DNA of 64,000 nt, taken from Dictyostelium discoideum (lineage: Eukaryota). The notes under the pieces were generated by a model, which made no database searches, was not told the DNA's origin, and saw only the letters and a list, made by a program, of their open reading frames with translations. The position numbers were made by a program, and so were the translations under genes. Below, piece after piece: positions 55,146-64,000 of this stretch (position 1 is its first letter; each line of letters starts with the position of its first letter). The stretch lies in NCBI GenBank assembly GCA_000004695.1, contig CM000155.2, forward strand, positions 3,456,001 to 3,520,000, read 5' to 3'.

Positions 55146-56082
55146 GCTTTAAAGAATTGTTTAAAATTTTGTAAGACACCAAAATCATAAGGATTTTTAT
55201 AAATTTCACCTCTTGCTTTTGCTTTTTTAGATTGAGTTCTATTATGAAGGAATTCGATTGTAGTTTGATTTGAAAGTATTAAATAAATTTGCCAACCTAA
55301 TAAACCACCCAATGCAAATGCTATCGTTAGTGTGATAACGAATGACATTAACATTGAAAACGGTATATAACCACTCTCACTATTGAATACATGTGGATAG
55401 GATAATATACAAACATAAACACATGATATCCAAAGATAAACTAAAAATAACATAAAGTATCGATGATTATTTGCTCCAACACAATTATTAACCCATGGAC
55501 AATGATGATCCATTTTTAAAACACATGTACCACATAATTGACAATGATGAGTTCTCTCTTCTTTTGGTAATCTACAATGTATACAAAATCTATATGTCTC
55601 TGATCTCTTTATAGTTTTAATACTTTTAAATTCTATTATTTTCTCTTCTGAATAATCTGATTCCTAATTAAATTATAAATATTATTATTATTATTATTAT
55701 TAGTTTTAAAGTTGAATATTTTAATAATAATTATAGTAATAATAATAATAATAATTACCCTTGGTGGATGACCTGGTGAAGTTATAATTGTTAAAGCATA
55801 ATTGAATGCAACATTAAATAATAAGAAAAATGATAATGAATAATGAAATAAACTATATAAAAATAAATATGTATGGCTAGTTGTGCTTGTATCATCTATT
55901 TTATCAGTTGTTCCATCATCATTTCTATGTGTAGGTGAAATTAATGTGGGTAATATTATTACAAAATGAACTACTGCTATTGAACCAATTAATAATGTTG
56001 CAAATATTACAAATAATGGTCCTACTAATTTTAATAAAAATTGTAATACATGTTCAACTCTTTCTAAAAAGGTTGTTGTCAT
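55094..56082 (-). CDS. DHHC-type protein S-palmitoyltransferase (zf-DHHC)
   Basis: Minus strand, 2 exons: 56082..55763 ([11 protein letters not shown]..., two TM helices) joined GTAATT..AG to 55666..55094, encoding [44 protein letters not shown] plus two further TM helices. A possible extra short 3' exon (about 54985-54896) via a GTATGT donor at about 55107 cannot be excluded. Confidence 0.88.
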
Positions 56083-56489
56083 GATTTATTTATTTATTTA
56101 TTTATTTTATTTATTTATTTATTGTTTAAATTCTAGTGTTATGGTGTGCGTATGCGTTTGCGTGTGTTTTTTTGTTTTTTTTTTTTAATTTTTTTTTTTT
56201 TTTTAAATTTTTTTTTTTTTTTTTTCTTTGGTGATGTTTTAGGTAAGATAATTATTTTATTATTTACTTGAAAATGAAAAAAAGTAAATAAACAACTAAA
56301 ACTAAACAAAACAAAATAAAATAAAAAACGAATTTTTTTTTTTTTTTTTTTTTATTAAATGAATTTAATATGTATTTTAATTTCTTTAAATTTCAGACTA
56401 ATGGCTTTTAAATTAAAAAATAAAAAAAAAATTAAAAAAATAAAAAAAAAAAATAAAAATCTTTTTTTTTTTTTAGAAAAAACCACCCT

Positions 56490-56529
<40 letters not shown>

Positions 56530-56664
56530 AACTCTCTTTTGTTTTGGAAAAAAAAAGAAAAAAGAAAAACAGAAAAATAAAAAAAAAAGAAAAAAAAAAC
56601 CAAAAAAAAAAAGAAAAACAAAAAAAAAAAAAACAAAAAACAAAAAAAAAAGTTGTACAAAGGG
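56083..56664. promoter_or_regulatory. Divergent promoter region between DHHC gene (-) and STE20-like kinase gene (+)
   Basis: 582 bp A/T-rich with poly(T) and poly(A) runs. ORFs 56355-56660 and 56359-56580 are poly-F/poly-K artefacts. Confidence 0.35.
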
Positions 56665-59736
<3,072 letters not shown>

Positions 59737-60138
59737 TTTTATAAACCTATTCCATTTAACTTTTTTTGTACAGGAAAAAAAAAAAAAAAGTATTTTGTAT
59801 ATATCATTTTATTTATCTCTCTTTTGAAAAAAAAAAAAAAAAAAAAAAAATCAATTGTTACTGTATTTTAAATTTACTTATTGTCAGACAGTTTTTATTT
59901 CTTATTTCAAAAAAATCTTTTAAGAAAAAATAAAGTTTTGATTTCTTAATATACTATTTTTAATTTTTTTTTTTTTATTTTTTATTTTTGTTTAGGTTTC
60001 TAAGCTTATCTGTATTACTCTTTTTATTTTTAATTTTTTTTTTTTTTTTTAATTTTGAATTTTACTTGTAAATTATAATCTATAAAGGTTATTAAATATA
60101 ATAGATCACTATAATAAATCTTCAAATAAACACATAAT

Positions 60139-60171
<33 letters not shown>

Positions 60172-61267
60172 TTTTTTAACAACAGGGGAGATTTTTATTT
60201 TTGGTTTTTCCAACAAGAGAAAATATTAATTGTCTATATACTTTTTTTATATCTTCATTTGTACTCCACTAAATATGAACCACTTTTGATTAAAGTTTGT
60301 TTTTTAAAAACTAGTTTTCCAAACAAGTATCCCTTACTATTTGCAATCATTTGTAGAACCATTTCCAATTAATTAGTTGAGTTTCTAAAACTACTATTAT
60401 CGAACATAATCAAAGTAACTAATTAATTTCACATTTTAAAAAAAAAAAAAGAAAAAAAATTAAAAAAATAAAGATTTATTTTTTTAGAATAGTAAAAAAA
60501 AAAAAAAATAAAAAATAAAAAATTATTTTTTGAACAATATTTATATAATATAATTCTTTCTGAAAATCATTATTAAAAAAAAAAAAAAAAATAATTAATA
60601 AAAATAATATATATAAAGATAATCTATATTTATTTATTATTAAAATTATTTAATCATAGATTATTATGATAATTAGATAACAAATCTTCAAATATATAAA
60701 CACATAATATAACCACCGTGGTGAGTTAAATATTATCATAAATAATTTACCACAGTGGGTTAAATTTGGAAACCAAAGGCTAAAAAAAAAAAAAAAAAAA
60801 AAAAAAAATAATATAATTAAAAAAAAAAAAAAATACCTTAATAAATAAGTGAAAAAAATAAAAAAAAATCAAAATTAATAATTTAAACAGTTCCCAAAAT
60901 ATCTCCTAAAAAATGGAAAAAAAAAAAAAAGGAAAAAAAAAAATAAAAAAAAAAAAAAAGTGAAAAAAATAAATGGAAAAACTGCCTTTATCTATTTTTA
61001 TTTATAAAAAATTAAATAATAAATAAATTTTATCAAAATTTTGTATTTTGTGATGTTAGTGTGTGTCATAATTGGAATATTGAAAAAAAAAAAATAAAAA
61101 ATAAAAAAAAAAAAAAAAAGAATTAATTAATGATTAATCATATGACTAACATTATATTTTCAATTTTTTTTTTTTTTTTTTTTTTTTTCCAACCCCCCAA
61201 AAGGGACCCATTTTTTTTTTTTTTTTTAAATAAAATTTGGGGCCCCCCACAGTGGAATAATTTTAAA

Positions 61268-61298
<31 letters not shown>

Positions 61299-61421
61299 TT
61301 TTTTTTTTTTTCAAAATTTTTTTTTCTTCATATAAAAATAAATTTTCCAATTCATTTTTTTTTTTTTTATTCAACTGTATATTATTATAACTCTTTATTT
61401 GTATTTTAAACTAATTTCACA

Positions 61422-61964
61422 ATGGCCGATGTTTCCTCCACAGAATTAAAAGCTGCTTACGACGAAGTCTTAGCTGATTCAAATGATACCAACTGGTAAA
61501 TATTAATAATAATTATAATTATAATAATAATAATAATAAAAATATTTTTAAATAAATAAATATATTAATTTTATATTTATTTTATTTTAAAAAATAGGTG
61601 TTTATTCAAATACGAAGGTAAAAACAAAATCGTCTTATCCGGTAAAGGTAGCGGTGGTTTTGCTGAATTAGCCCAAGAAATCAACCAACCATCTGAACGT
61701 TTATATGCATACTTAAGAGTTGTATCTGGTGATGATGAATCAAAACGTTCAAAATTCGTTTTCATCTCATGGTGTGGTGAAGAAGTTGGTCCCCTTGCCA
61801 AAGCTAATGTCTCTGTCCACAAAGCTTCAGTCAAACAAGTCATCAAAAACATTGGTGTTGAAGTCCATTACACCGTCGCTGATGATCTCAATGAAGAAGA
61901 ATTAATGACCAAAGTTCGTAAATCAAGTGGTGCTGATTACTCTGGTAACAAATCAACCAACTAA
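61422..61964 (+). CDS. coaA: Coactosin (ADF-H domain actin-binding protein)
   Basis: 2 exons: 61422..61495 (MADVSSTELKAAYDEVLADSNDTNW) and 61598..61964 (CLFKYEGKNKIVLSGKGSGGFAELAQEINQPSERLYAYLRVVSGDDESKRSKFVFISWCGEEVGPLAKANVSVHKASVKQVIKNIGVEVHYTVADDLNEEELMTKVRKSSGADYSGN). About 146 aa, ADF-H fold signature. Noticeably higher GC and biased codons (GGT, GCT, TCT, GAA) typical of highly expressed Dictyostelium cytoskeletal genes. Minus ORF 61577-61852 is antisense noise. Confidence 0.85.
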
Positions 61965-62792
61965 ACGTTACACGCATCTAAAAATGTATACATATTTTAA
62001 AAAAAAAAAAATTAAAAACAAAACAAAAAAAAAAAAAAAAAAGTGTATCAATTATAATAGTAATAATAAATAATAATAATAGATAATATAAAAATATACA
62101 CAAATTATATATTATACATATTTATAAACAAAAAAAAAAAAAAGTTGGTTAATATGGGCCTTCTTTATATATATTTATCTATTTATTTTTCTATTTAATA
62201 AAAAAAAAAATCTAAGTCAATTTTTTTTTTTTTTTTTTTTATCCACTTTTTTATGTGTGGAAATTTTTTTTTTTTTTTTAAAAAAAAGTAAAGATATTTT
62301 TTTAAAAAAAAAATATCTTTACCTTTCCTACCATTTTTTTGTTTTTTTATTTTTTTTAATAATAAAGGTAAAAAATAAAATAAAAAATAAAAAATGAAAT
62401 AAAAAATGAAATAAAAAATAAAATAAATGAAATAAAAAATGAAATAAAAAAATATAATAAAAAAATTAAATGTATAAAATAATTTATTATATATCCCAAA
62501 TAAATAATGTTAATTTTTATAATGAATATTGTTGGTGGTTTTTGGTATTGTTATTATAAAAAGTTGTTAAAAATATCAGATTTCTTTTTCAATCAGGTTA
62601 TTTTTTTCAAATAAAAATTTCATTCTTACACAAAAACTTCCAACCGATCAAAAAAATTTTCATGAAATAAAAAAATATTTTTAGTTTTTTTTTTTTTTCA
62701 TTTTTTTATTTTTTTTTTTTTATTTCATATACAATTTTCAGACCCCTTATTTTATTTTTTAAATAATAATAAAGCAAACGATCATCCATAAA

Positions 62793-63562
62793 ATGTCAAG
62801 AAAAAATGGAATGTTTAATTGTCAACACATTTCAGATGAAGGAAAAGCTGGCCAATGGTAAAATCTATTTTTTATTTTTAGAAAAATAATTAGAGTTCTA
62901 ATTTTTTTTTTTTTTTTTTTTTTTAATAAGGGAGATGAAATATTTACAATTAACAGAATCAAATTTAATTGTTAAAGAAAATGCTGATGATCATATTGTC
63001 AGAAGTACAATTCATCTTTGTGATATAGTTTATGTAGAAAGAGAGAGTAAATCAAAAACCTTATCATTGGATAAACAATCAAACACAATTGAAAATTTAG
63101 ACGATTCAACAAATACTGGTCATGTTTCAGTTGAATTATCAGATTCACAGGAATCAATTTTAATACACATTAAAACTCGTTATAAATCTGAATGGAAAAT
63201 TGAAATGGAATCAGAGGAAACTTATGAGGAATGGTATAATATTTTTAAAAGACACCAAGGTGTAATGAGAGAGATAGACATTAATCCTCCACCACCAAGA
63301 AGAAATCGTAAACCTAAATATACATTTAAAACTTTTTATGAAAATAGAGAATTATTAGGTGAAAGATGGATGCTTTTTGCATTCATAGCCTATACAATCA
63401 TTTTAGTAATTTTATTTTCAGTACTTTGGACTAAATATGTTTTACCAGAAAAAAATATTGTTGAAATTGAATCTCAATGCTTTATTCATTCAGCAGAGTA
63501 ATTATTCCAAAGTTTTTTTTTTCCAAGTTTACTAAAAGAAAAAAAAAAAAAAAATATTAACC

Positions 63563-63600
<38 letters not shown>

Positions 63601-64000
63601 TGTTACAAAATTAAAATTTTAGTGCTGTATATGTTTATAAAAGAAATTATGATTTAGAAATTTTAGTAACTTATCAATTAGAAAATGGTCAATTTTTAAC
63701 AAATTTAATGTATCAATATTGTAGTGGTAATGGATGTCCAGATTTTATGGATGATAATTATAAAGTTGGCACAACTGTAACTTGTCATTATGATGAAGCT
63801 GATCCAAATTATGTATTTTTTGATCTTAGTCAAATGGTTAGAAAGAGATACACAATTACATTTGGTATTTGTGGTGGTCTACTTGGTCCTTGGTTAATAG
63901 TAGTTTTGGTTATAGGGTAAGTTTTACAATGATAATTTTAAAAAAAAAAAGAAAAAAAAAAAAAAAAAACAACTTTTTTAACTCTTTTTTTTTTTAATTT
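62793..64000 (+). CDS. Hypothetical protein, 5' part: PH-like N-terminal domain, then TM helices; gene runs off the window
   Basis: Exon 1: 62793..62857 (MSRKNGMFNCQHISDEGKAGQW). Exon 2: about 62928..63498 (EMKYLQLTESNLIVKENADDHIVRSTIHLCDIVYVERESK ... hydrophobic LFAFIAYTIILVILFSVLW). Exon 3: about 63634..63917 (..CSGNGCPDFMDDNYKVGTTVTCHYDEADP..ITFGICGGLLGPWLIVVLVIG), then a GTAAGT donor at 63918. Confidence 0.55.

Overview
This window is not prokaryotic: it is an AT-rich (~75-80% A+T) eukaryotic nuclear segment with every hallmark of Dictyostelium discoideum. These are ubiquitous (AAT)n/(CAA)n microsatellites that encode poly-Asn/poly-Gln inside genes, short AT-rich GT..AG introns of about 80-200 nt, poly(T)/poly(A) intergenic tracts, and Dictyostelium-specific families (FNIP repeats, type I PKS). 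I reconstructed about 19 protein-coding genes by joining the ORF-track pieces across canonical introns. Several 'M' starts in the ORF track are TTG codons, not ATG. In window order the genes are:
- a type I polyketide synthase 5' end (KS-AT, continues past position 1)
- two adjacent divergent protein-kinase-domain coding units that may be one read-through gene
- an F-box-like hypothetical protein
- Mediator subunit Med15 (KIX domain plus Q/N-rich)
- a very large polytopic membrane protein
- telomerase reverse transcriptase (TERT), with all RT motifs
- a PH+LRR CARMIL-like protein
- a TraB-family protein
- an RCE1-type CAAX protease
- an RRM protein
- an R1R2R3 Myb factor
- a Zn-ribbon DH-PH RhoGEF
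- a FNIP-repeat protein
- a CH-IQ-DH-PH RhoGEF
- a DHHC palmitoyltransferase
- a STE20-family kinase
- coactosin (ADF-H)
- a partial PH-like/TM protein at the 3' edge.
I found no rRNA, no tRNA, no CRISPR, no recognisable transposon and no prokaryotic-style defence or accessory system. The window looks like ordinary gene-dense Dictyostelium chromosome. The most notable content is the TERT gene, Med15, a possible tandem-kinase fusion, and odd GC islets/hairpins embedded in otherwise pure A/T intergenic DNA. Exon boundaries are hand-derived and may be off by a few nt.
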